Part shown: positions 43,719 through 51,595 of the stretch, in pieces
Numbering within the stretch: the first letter of the stretch is position 1
How the letters are laid out: each line of letters starts with the position of its first letter
Program-made: the position numbers and the translations under genes
The notes under the pieces: generated by a model
Seen by the model: the letters and a program-made list of their open reading frames with translations, nothing else
Databases searched by the model: none
What the model was told of the DNA's origin: nothing
Source: an uncultured Ruminococcus sp.
GTDB taxonomy: Bacteria; Bacillota; Clostridia; Oscillospirales; CAG-272
Direction of reading: 5' to 3'
Length of the DNA: 64,000 nt
Assembly (NCBI GenBank): GCA_964634795.1
Contig: CAZWLL010000001.1
Coordinates: 13,830 to 77,829 of the forward strand

Positions 43719-44759
43719 TTACTTTGTAATGGTAATTTTATTGATAACTCCCGCTTTATCGGGGTCTATGCCGCGTACAATTGTCATGCAGCAAGCCAAG
43801 AGCTGGAAGAACATAACAGCCATATGCGGGAATGTGAATTCACTGCCTGTGCAAGGAAGAACAACAGGTGTTGTAGCTGCGGGGCAGATTGAAGGATCAT
43901 CAGTAATAACAACTACATCCGCACCTACGTTCTGCAGCTTCTGTATAATCGTAAGTGAGTCATCATCGGTTTTGCCCTTAGGTGCGATAACGAATACAAG
44001 ATCATTCGGCTTAACCTGAGCAATCGGACCATGGTGGAAGTCTGATGTAGGATATCCCTTCATCTTCAACTTGTTGGTCTCAAGCATTTTAAGTGCGCCT
44101 TCAAGTGCTATCGGGTATGAAATACCGCGTCCGAGAACTATCGCGCCGCTTATATTCTGATACTTTTTAGCGAACAATTCAATCTCTTCGAATTTAGTAT
44201 CAAGCAGAACACCTGCTTTTTCGCCGACACCATGCATTTCGGCAAGAAGCTCATCGTTTCCTGCCCATACAGCAGCCATAACTCCGAGTATCATCATCTG
44301 TGCGGTAAATGTCTTTGTAGCGGCGATACTTGCTTCAAATCCGCATCCGCAGAACAAATGATATTCAGCTGATTTTGCCATAGGTGATTCTTCGTTATTT
44401 GTAACAGCAACGGTTATTGCTCCATCTTTCTTCGCGGATTCGAGTACTGCGAGAACGTCCTCAGCTTTTCCCGACTGTGAAACACCGATAACAAGGTTAT
44501 CACTGAGATCTACATGTGCTCCGTACTTAGTGAATACCGAAGGAGTACCGAGTGTGCAGGGAATTCCCGCAAAGATGCCGAACAGATACTGAGCATATAC
44601 ACATGCATGGTCTGATGTTCCGCGTGCCGCAAAATAAATGTGCTTTATTCCCTTGCCCTTGGCTTTAGCAACTATCTCTTTAATTTTGTCAATGTTTAAG
44701 TCATAAGCTTTTTTTATGGTTTCAGGCTGTTCTCTGATTTCTGTCTCAAGGTTAATCAT
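43719..44759 (-). CDS. Double-SIS-domain sugar-phosphate isomerase/deaminase (GlmS C-terminal-like; AgaS/FrlB/NagB-II group)
   Basis: 346 aa from the ATG at 44759 (GGAG SD 9 nt upstream). It has two SIS domains (FAARGTSDHA...GVSQSGKAEDV and VLGRGISYPIALEGALKMLE). Confidence 0.85.
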   Translation of the reverse strand: MINLETEIREQPETIKKAYDLNIDKIKEIVAKAKGKGIKHIYFAARGTSDHACVYAQYLFGIFAGIPCTLGTPSVFTKYGAHVDLSDNLVIGVSQSGKAEDVLAVLESAKKDGAITVAVTNNEESPMAKSAEYHLFCGCGFEASIAATKTFTAQMMILGVMAAVWAGNDELLAEMHGVGEKAGVLLDTKFEEIELFAKKYQNISGAIVLGRGISYPIALEGALKMLETNKLKMKGYPTSDFHHGPIAQVKPNDLVFVIAPKGKTDDDSLTIIQKLQNVGADVVVITDDPSICPAATTPVVLPCTGSEFTFPHMAVMFFQLLACCMTIVRGIDPDKAGVINKITITK

Positions 44760-44786
44760 ATAATTAATCTCCATTCTATAAATTTT

Positions 44787-45746
44787 TTATATTAATGAAA
44801 GGGTTTTTAAAATAAATATTCCGATAAATACCGTTAATATACAGATAAAAGTGGATAACAAGAGGATTTGCGCCGCCAGCTCATGGTCATTTCCCATTTT
44901 CTTAGCCATAATGTAGCTTGATACTGCGGTAGGCGCACCGAAACAAATCAGTATAACACCGAGCGACGGTCCTCTGAAGCCGATAAGCGCGGCTAAAGTA
45001 ATCACCGCTGCGGGAAGTACTACTGTTTTAAAAATTGCACCGATAACAGCATATTTGAGTCTGCCATGCAGACTTTCGAGTTTAAAGTTTGCACCCAAGC
45101 TTAAGAGTGCAAGCGGCGTTGCGAGATTCGCTAAATAAGAAAGAGTTTTTGACATAAACTGCGGTGTTTCAAAATCGGTAACCATTACTATTATACCGAG
45201 AAGTACTCCTATAATCAACGGATTTGTTATGACGTTCTTCAGTATACCGATAACCTTTTTACCGCTCATTTTCTCGTCTTTGCTTTCGGAAAACAGTGAT
45301 AATATAATTACCGAGTATGAATTAAACATAACAATAACAAACGGCATTGTAATAGCTATGGTCTGACCGCCGATTTCACCGAACATATTTACCGCAAGAG
45401 GTACTCCGAGAATCGCGAAATTCGATCGACAGATACCCTGAATAAGTGCTCCGCGTTTTGATCTATCCCGTACAGTCAGGCAAACAATCACGGTTACTAT
45501 AAAGAACGAAAATGTAACCGATAAGATAAGGAATAAAACAAGCGACCAGTCGATATTTTCATCAGGCTTACTGCCTGCCACTTCGTTGAAAAGCATAACA
45601 GGCAATGCTATTTTAAATACTATCCAATCTGCGGTTTCGGTAAATTTATCCGTAATAATACGGCATTTACCGAGTATTGCGCCGATTATTACCAAAAGAA
45701 AAATCGGAAATATAGCATTTACACTATACAGTAAATTATCAAGCAT
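44787..45746 (-). CDS. AEC (auxin efflux carrier/malate permease-like) family transporter
   Basis: 319 aa from the ATG at 45746 (GAAGG SD). It has about 10 TM segments with an N-terminus typical of the AEC family. The start lies 2 nt after the amidase stop. Confidence 0.85.
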   Translation of the reverse strand: MLDNLLYSVNAIFPIFLLVIIGAILGKCRIITDKFTETADWIVFKIALPVMLFNEVAGSKPDENIDWSLVLFLILSVTFSFFIVTVIVCLTVRDRSKRGALIQGICRSNFAILGVPLAVNMFGEIGGQTIAITMPFVIVMFNSYSVIILSLFSESKDEKMSGKKVIGILKNVITNPLIIGVLLGIIVMVTDFETPQFMSKTLSYLANLATPLALLSLGANFKLESLHGRLKYAVIGAIFKTVVLPAAVITLAALIGFRGPSLGVILICFGAPTAVSSYIMAKKMGNDHELAAQILLLSTFICILTVFIGIFILKTLSLI

Positions 45747-46581
45747 AATTTTCGCCTTCACTTAATCCTGTGTAGTAACTGTAAAGTCCGTCGGCAATTG
45801 CCTGTGCAATCTCAGACTGCCATTCATCATCAACCATATTAGCCGCATCAGTCGGGTTTGTACAAAAACCGATTTCAATAAGCGATGCCGCGACCATCGT
45901 TTCTCGTGTAACCTGATATGAAGCGACTGATTGATCGAATATCTGAGGCGAAGGAGTCGGATCCATTTCGTTTTCTATTGAATCCGCAATACTCTGCGCA
46001 ATAATCTCATCATTAGTGTCTACTTTGCGCCAGTTATTCTCATTTTCATAATAAATCCTGATTCCGCATGTGTCGAGATTTGCCTCATAAGAATTGACGT
46101 GAATCGATACATAATAGTCAATATCCAATGTATTAGCATAAGCAACTCTTTCGGAAGGATTAAAAATCTGATCGCCGTTGTCTTCGGCTGTTTTTCCGAA
46201 TGTGGTACCGTCATGTGTCATTACTACAGAGAAGCCGAGATTTGTTAAATCTTCCTTCAGCTTGTTTGCAACAGCCAAATTTATATCTTTTTCAAGCGTT
46301 CCGTCTTCCCATATGCCGTCACCGCATCCTCCGTCAACAAAGCCATGTCCCGGGTCAACGCATATGACATAGCCTTCTTTAACCTTTTCCCTATCATCGG
46401 ATGTTTTATCTTTTTTCTTCTTTCTTCTGATACCTGTACCCGGGAGAGCTGTTTCTGTCGATACGAAGTTTTCCTCATTGTTTTCCGCTGCTTGCTCACT
46501 TGAGCATCCGGTAAACAATAACAGAGCACATAAAAGTCCTGCTCCTATCCGTACGGCATGACAGTTTAACATTAGATTCAT
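45739..46581 (-). CDS. N-acetylmuramoyl-L-alanine amidase (Amidase_3), lipoprotein
   Basis: 280 aa with the lipobox LLFTGC. The zinc-site context is intact (CVDPGHGFVDGG and YVSIHVNSY). Confidence 0.88.
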   Translation of the reverse strand: MNLMLNCHAVRIGAGLLCALLLFTGCSSEQAAENNEENFVSTETALPGTGIRRKKKKDKTSDDREKVKEGYVICVDPGHGFVDGGCGDGIWEDGTLEKDINLAVANKLKEDLTNLGFSVVMTHDGTTFGKTAEDNGDQIFNPSERVAYANTLDIDYYVSIHVNSYEANLDTCGIRIYYENENNWRKVDTNDEIIAQSIADSIENEMDPTPSPQIFDQSVASYQVTRETMVAASLIEIGFCTNPTDAANMVDDEWQSEIAQAIADGLYSYYTGLSEGENYA

Positions 46582-46597
46582 TTTTATTAAGTCCTTA

Positions 46598-47725
46598 TTA
46601 TCTTAGGTAATCAGGGAGAAAATCCTCATCGATAATATTTTCAACTTTATCCTTCAGTTTATCAACGCTGACGTTATTCACCGCGTGATTTGCGGCAATT
46701 TCATCACTATATTCATTGAACGTAAATACTTGGAATCCCGATAGACCTGTTGTGTCATCATTTGTATAATGAATCACTGTCGGATTCAATGTAACATCAT
46801 CAAGCTCTATCGTTCCGCCTCCGTATGCAACAGAAAGATTCAGAATTCCCCCGCATAAATTGTCAATATTATCGGAGCTCGTTATAATATTTCCGAGTGA
46901 ATATGCAGCAAGAGTAAGTGTACCGTCTCCGGTGTCAACCCACTCGATTTTACCGAGAGCACTGCCGTTTCCGATAATTATATCAGCTCCCGATTGTGCA
47001 ATATTGTATATCACATTGCTTTTGTCCGCTGTCGAGTCATCACTTCCCCAATCCACAAAAACAATAACAATATCAGATACGAAATCCGAATATTCGATTT
47101 CCGATTGATATTTATCATCTTTATAATCAACTCCGGAAACCGAAAGACATGCAATGTTTAAACCGTTTTTGTTTATAACAATATTCTCGCTGCCTTCTTT
47201 TACCTCGGTAATATCGTACTTATCGGCTGTGTCAAAAGCAGATGAATTTCCGATATTTAATACGTCAATACCGAGATCGTATACCGCACCTACCGCTTCA
47301 TCGGGAAGCTGTGTTTTATCTTGCTCTGTATATGAACCGAATGCGATATCGGATGAACTGACTAAATTGTAAATACCCGTAAACATTCTGAGAAAGCTGT
47401 AGCTCTTGCCGTCACCGGCACGATTGGAAGCATCGCTTATAATGCTGTCATCAATCGTAATGTTTCCGCATATTGAAATATTGAGTACATCCTTTGCGTT
47501 AACCTCGGTTACCTCCTCCACCGATTCCTCAGTGGAGGTTTCGAGAGTATTTTTGCGCGAGGCCTGTGCCAACGTTTGTGATGAAGTATCAACCTCATCT
47601 GTGGTGTCAATGTCAGATGCGGTACTCGAATCTCTCATTTCTATTTGAATACATGATGAGAGGGCTAAAGAAACAGATAAACATGTTATTGCAAAACCGA
47701 TTTTCAGACAATTGTGTAAACGCAT
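46598..47725 (-). CDS. CapA/PGA_cap-like lipoprotein with substituted metal-ligand motifs (probable pseudoenzyme)
   Basis: 375 aa with the lipobox LALSSC and an S/T/E-rich linker. It is collinear with the CapA motifs, but GD becomes GN, NxE becomes SYT, NNH becomes NSS, HWG becomes DWG and GHHPH becomes GNGSA. Confidence 0.6.
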   Translation of the reverse strand: MRLHNCLKIGFAITCLSVSLALSSCIQIEMRDSSTASDIDTTDEVDTSSQTLAQASRKNTLETSTEESVEEVTEVNAKDVLNISICGNITIDDSIISDASNRAGDGKSYSFLRMFTGIYNLVSSSDIAFGSYTEQDKTQLPDEAVGAVYDLGIDVLNIGNSSAFDTADKYDITEVKEGSENIVINKNGLNIACLSVSGVDYKDDKYQSEIEYSDFVSDIVIVFVDWGSDDSTADKSNVIYNIAQSGADIIIGNGSALGKIEWVDTGDGTLTLAAYSLGNIITSSDNIDNLCGGILNLSVAYGGGTIELDDVTLNPTVIHYTNDDTTGLSGFQVFTFNEYSDEIAANHAVNNVSVDKLKDKVENIIDEDFLPDYLR

Positions 47726-47728
47726 AAA

Positions 47729-48982
47729 TTATCGCTTAGACAATACGTCTGATTCATATTTTTTCATCTCGGCAATCCAAGTATTGCCGTCGGGAACATT
47801 CTGCATGTCGCAGTAAGCATCCCAAACAAGACCAAACGGCAAAGTCTTATATTCTTCAAGATATGCTAATCTCGATGTGTAATCTCCGTCAGCCTCGAAT
47901 TTCTGGAGCATTTTTACAGGTTCGAGAGCGGCCCAAAGAAGAGCCTTCTGCATGTTTCTGGCACCGATAGCCCAGCATGCGATTCTGTTAATCGATCCGT
48001 CGAAGAAATCAAGTCCGATGTGTACTCTGTTTTCATAACCGCCGCGCTTAATTTCGGATGCGATTGTTTTTAATTCGTCATCGAATATTACAACGTGGTC
48101 TGAATCCCAGCGAACAGGACGAGATACGTGAAGCATAATTCCGTCGAGATACTGAAGTACACCGGAAATTTTATCGGAAACTACTTCTGTCGGATGGAAA
48201 TGTCCTGTGTCAAGTGTCAAGAGAGTATGATGCTTCATAGCGCATCCCATATAAAATTCATGTGAACCGATGGTGCAGCTCTCAAGACCTATGCCGAACA
48301 CCTTGCTCTCGACAGAATCGAGAGTATACTCGGGACTGAGCTTTTCAGCAAATATTTCCGCATATGACTCGGCAAGAGTTTCTCTTTTCTTAGCACGGTT
48401 TACGGGAATATCCTTAAATCCGTCGGGAATCCACAAATTGTTAACCGATACCTGACCGAGCTCGCGGCCGAAGTACTCTGATATTTTACGTGACGCAATA
48501 CCGTGTTCAATCCAGAATTTTCTTATAGCGGGATCGTCATTCGAAAGAGTAAATCCATCGGCTGAAAGAGGATGTGAGAAAAATGTGGGGTTAAAATCGA
48601 GTCCCAAATTATTCTGCTTAGCCCATTCTACCCATGATTTAAAATGTTCGGGAGCTATTTCGTTTCTCGGAACCTTTTTTCCGTCGGAATCCAAATATAT
48701 TGCATGAAGAGAGAATTTCTTTTTACCGGGAATCAAGCTCGATGCAAATTCGAAATCCTTTCTGAGTTCATCTATATTGCGTGATTTTCCGGGATAATTA
48801 CCTGTGGACTGAATGCCGCCTGTTAAATCACCGTCATTTGTTTCGAAACCGCCTACGTCATCTCCCTGCCAGCAATGAATTGACACCGGAGTGTTCTTGA
48901 CACTCTCAATAGCAGCATCAACGTCAACACCCCAATTTGAATATATTTCTCTTGCGGTCTCTAAAGCCTTTTCTGTATTCAT
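47729..48982 (-). CDS. rhaA: L-rhamnose isomerase
   Basis: 417 aa, collinear with E. coli RhaA ([42 protein letters not shown]). Confidence 0.95.
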   Translation of the reverse strand: MNTEKALETAREIYSNWGVDVDAAIESVKNTPVSIHCWQGDDVGGFETNDGDLTGGIQSTGNYPGKSRNIDELRKDFEFASSLIPGKKKFSLHAIYLDSDGKKVPRNEIAPEHFKSWVEWAKQNNLGLDFNPTFFSHPLSADGFTLSNDDPAIRKFWIEHGIASRKISEYFGRELGQVSVNNLWIPDGFKDIPVNRAKKRETLAESYAEIFAEKLSPEYTLDSVESKVFGIGLESCTIGSHEFYMGCAMKHHTLLTLDTGHFHPTEVVSDKISGVLQYLDGIMLHVSRPVRWDSDHVVIFDDELKTIASEIKRGGYENRVHIGLDFFDGSINRIACWAIGARNMQKALLWAALEPVKMLQKFEADGDYTSRLAYLEEYKTLPFGLVWDAYCDMQNVPDGNTWIAEMKKYESDVLSKR

Positions 48983-49024
48983 ATTTATAACCTTTCTGTA
49001 AATCGTTCTTTATTTTTCAAACGG

Positions 49025-50506
49025 TTATCCGATGAGAGCGAGGAATCTTTCGTATGCCTCGTCCCATGCTGCTTTTTTCTCTGTATTCGGTTCGAATGTT
49101 TTAATTTCGAATGAATTTGCGATTATTCTTCTTGCTTCCCACATATCGGATATTTCACCGAGAGATATAAGCTGCATTACGGCATTTCCGAGAGTTGTTG
49201 CCTCAACCGGACCTGCGTACACGGATTTTCCGGTAGCGTCGGCGGCGAATTGAGACAGCATGTCTTCCTTTGTGCCTCCGCCGACAATATTAATTACCTC
49301 ATATTTCTTTCCGGTCAGCTCCTCGAGCTTTTCTGCAGTCCAACGATATCTCAGAGCGAGTGATTCGAAAATACATCTTACAATCTCTCCCGGGTTTTCG
49401 GGAACAGGCTGGTTTGTGTTTCTGCAGTATTCTCTGATTCGCTCGGGAAGATTTCCTGCGGGTGAGAACAGATTGTCATCGGGATTGATAAGTGAACGGA
49501 GAGGCTGTGCTTCTTTCGCGAGCATTGTGAGTTCATCGAAGGTATAACTCTTTCCCTCTCTCTTCCATTGACGGCGAGATTCCTGCTCAAGCCATAATCC
49601 CATTATATTTTTCAGAAGTCTGATTGTTCCGAAAACTCCGCCTTCGTTTGTGAAATCATATTTTTCCGAAAGCTCCGTAAGTACGGGAGTATCTGTCTCG
49701 GTTCCCATAAGAGACCATGTTCCGCTGGAAATGTACAGAAAATCCTTCTTTGCCGCGGGAACGGAGAGAACAGCACTCGCGGTATCATGCGAGCCGATTT
49801 TCATTACGGTAAGGCCTGTATGTCCTGTTTCTTCTTCTATTGATGGAATAAGCTTTCCGCACTTTGTTCCCGGCTGGACGATAGTATTGAAAATACCTGT
49901 CGGAATACCGCATTTCTTAATTAAATCGAAGTCATAATCTCTCTTTACCGCATCAAGCAAAGCACCGGTCGATGCGATTGTATATTCACTTGTTTTCTCG
50001 CCTGTGAGCATATAAGCAAACAAATCGGGCATATGGAGAAGGCACTCGGCGTTCTCTACAATCCACGGTCTGTCACGCATATCGGCTGTCAGCTGATACA
50101 AAGTGTTGAAATTCAGTGACTGGATACCTGTCTTACCGTAAATTTCTTTTCTCGATGCGAAATTCGAGAAAACATACGGCTGAATATCATCGGTACGCTT
50201 GTCTCTGTAATGATACGGGTTAGAAAGCAATGTACCGGCTTTGTCGAGATATCCGTAGTCAACACCCCAGGTATCAATACCCATTGATACGGTTTCACCT
50301 TCATGTGAGGCTGCCAGAACAGCGGTTTTTATTTCATGGAAAAGTCTCGGTGCGTCCCAGAAAAATCCGCCGGGCATCATAACAGGATCATTTGAAAAAC
50401 GGTGAATTTCTTTCAGGCTTATTTTCTCACCGTCAAAGGAACAGAGAATTCCCCTTCCGCTTGACGCTCCGAAATCCACTGCCAATATCTGCTTATTTTT
50501 CATCAT
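49025..50506 (-). CDS. rhaB: Rhamnulokinase (FGGY family)
   Basis: 493 aa. Recognised from ILAVDFGASSGR, IDTWGVDY, SSGTWSLMG and NIMGLWL. The second ATG (50503) has better SD spacing. Confidence 0.93.
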   Translation of the reverse strand: MMKNKQILAVDFGASSGRGILCSFDGEKISLKEIHRFSNDPVMMPGGFFWDAPRLFHEIKTAVLAASHEGETVSMGIDTWGVDYGYLDKAGTLLSNPYHYRDKRTDDIQPYVFSNFASRKEIYGKTGIQSLNFNTLYQLTADMRDRPWIVENAECLLHMPDLFAYMLTGEKTSEYTIASTGALLDAVKRDYDFDLIKKCGIPTGIFNTIVQPGTKCGKLIPSIEEETGHTGLTVMKIGSHDTASAVLSVPAAKKDFLYISSGTWSLMGTETDTPVLTELSEKYDFTNEGGVFGTIRLLKNIMGLWLEQESRRQWKREGKSYTFDELTMLAKEAQPLRSLINPDDNLFSPAGNLPERIREYCRNTNQPVPENPGEIVRCIFESLALRYRWTAEKLEELTGKKYEVINIVGGGTKEDMLSQFAADATGKSVYAGPVEATTLGNAVMQLISLGEISDMWEARRIIANSFEIKTFEPNTEKKAAWDEAYERFLALIG

Positions 50507-50524
50507 AACTCTCCTTTATATGTT

Positions 50525-51391
50525 TCAGCCTATTTCCGCAGTCCTCGGGATACAGTAACGAAGATTCTCAACTGCGGCTTTGAAAGCTGCTTCCGATGTT
50601 GGATATGCGTTTGCCAACTTGCTTGTATTGCCTGCCTCCTCAAGTGCCTCAAGACCTGAGAACACACGAAGATGCGGCTCTATTGTAAGTATGAAGTCTC
50701 CCTTATGAACTCTGTTGATAACTGCAAGAAGCTCGGGAATAGAACCGATGCCCATACCTGCGGGAACAACGGTACCGTTCTTAAGTGCATCTTTAATGTG
50801 GAGATATGTAATATGAGTTTTAAGTAAATTGTATGAATGTTCAAACGGTTCACAGCCGCACTGAATAAAGTTTGCGGGATCGAATACACATCCGAGTCTT
50901 CCGTCAAACTCATCGAGTATTTCAAGGCATCTCTCGGGAGTGTCTCCGTATATTCCCTTTTCATTCTCATGACAGAGCTTTACACCGTATTCATCGGCTA
51001 CATCAAGCATTTTGCCTAATCTGTCAATAACTTCGTTTTTATATTCATCGTACTTTCCGTCGGGAATATAGAATGAGAACATTCTGATTCTTGACGCATA
51101 AAGAATATCTGCGATTTCACATGTATTCTTAAGCTTGTCAAGATGAGGCTCAAAAGGATCGGTAATCTTTATCTTACCGATAGGAGAACCTATAGCCGAT
51201 ACGGAAATTCCGGACGATTCAAGCTTCTTGTGAACATCGGAAGCTTGGAACTGGGTAAGATCGGAAACATTTATTCCGTCCACACCTCTGAGTTCGGTCA
51301 TTCTGATCTTGCTTGTGATTAATCCTTCAATCTGTTCGTCTAAAGAAGGTGAATATTCATCCGAAAAAGCGCTTAATTTAAATTTTACCAT
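50525..51391 (-). CDS. Xylose-isomerase-like TIM-barrel (AP endonuclease 2 family) sugar-phosphate isomerase/epimerase; substrate unknown
   Basis: 288 aa. The metal-site context is ...KLCHENEKG...DPANF...HIKD...IEPH. It is the first gene of the rhaB-rhaA array. A GGAG SD is present. Confidence 0.8.
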   Translation of the reverse strand: MVKFKLSAFSDEYSPSLDEQIEGLITSKIRMTELRGVDGINVSDLTQFQASDVHKKLESSGISVSAIGSPIGKIKITDPFEPHLDKLKNTCEIADILYASRIRMFSFYIPDGKYDEYKNEVIDRLGKMLDVADEYGVKLCHENEKGIYGDTPERCLEILDEFDGRLGCVFDPANFIQCGCEPFEHSYNLLKTHITYLHIKDALKNGTVVPAGMGIGSIPELLAVINRVHKGDFILTIEPHLRVFSGLEALEEAGNTSKLANAYPTSEAAFKAAVENLRYCIPRTAEIG

Positions 51392-51469
51392 AAATTTATA
51401 CTCCGATATATGTCTTTCTATAAATAATATGTGATATGTAAATATACTGTCACTTATAGTTTTGATTTA

Positions 51470-51498
51470 ATTATAACATCATTTCAGTGTTAATGCAA
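51470..51498 (-). promoter_or_regulatory. Promoter TTGCAT-17-TATAAT for the TIM-rhaB-rhaA array
   Basis: The RC of 51493-51498 is TTGCAT and the RC of 51470-51475 is TATAAT, with a 17-nt spacer. The leader is about 70 nt. Confidence 0.6.
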
Positions 51499-51595
51499 TG
51501 TTTTATAAATAAAAAATCAAGGCATACAGACAGTTATTGTCGAATTTTGCAATTTCTTTTTTTATATTTGCATAATATTAATGTTTTACTTACAA

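Noticed and set aside
43693-44019. A 108-aa plus-strand ORF starting in the terminator region and running into the SIS gene.
   Set aside because: It begins inside the bidirectional terminator, has no SD, and overlaps the well-supported SIS-domain gene in antisense.
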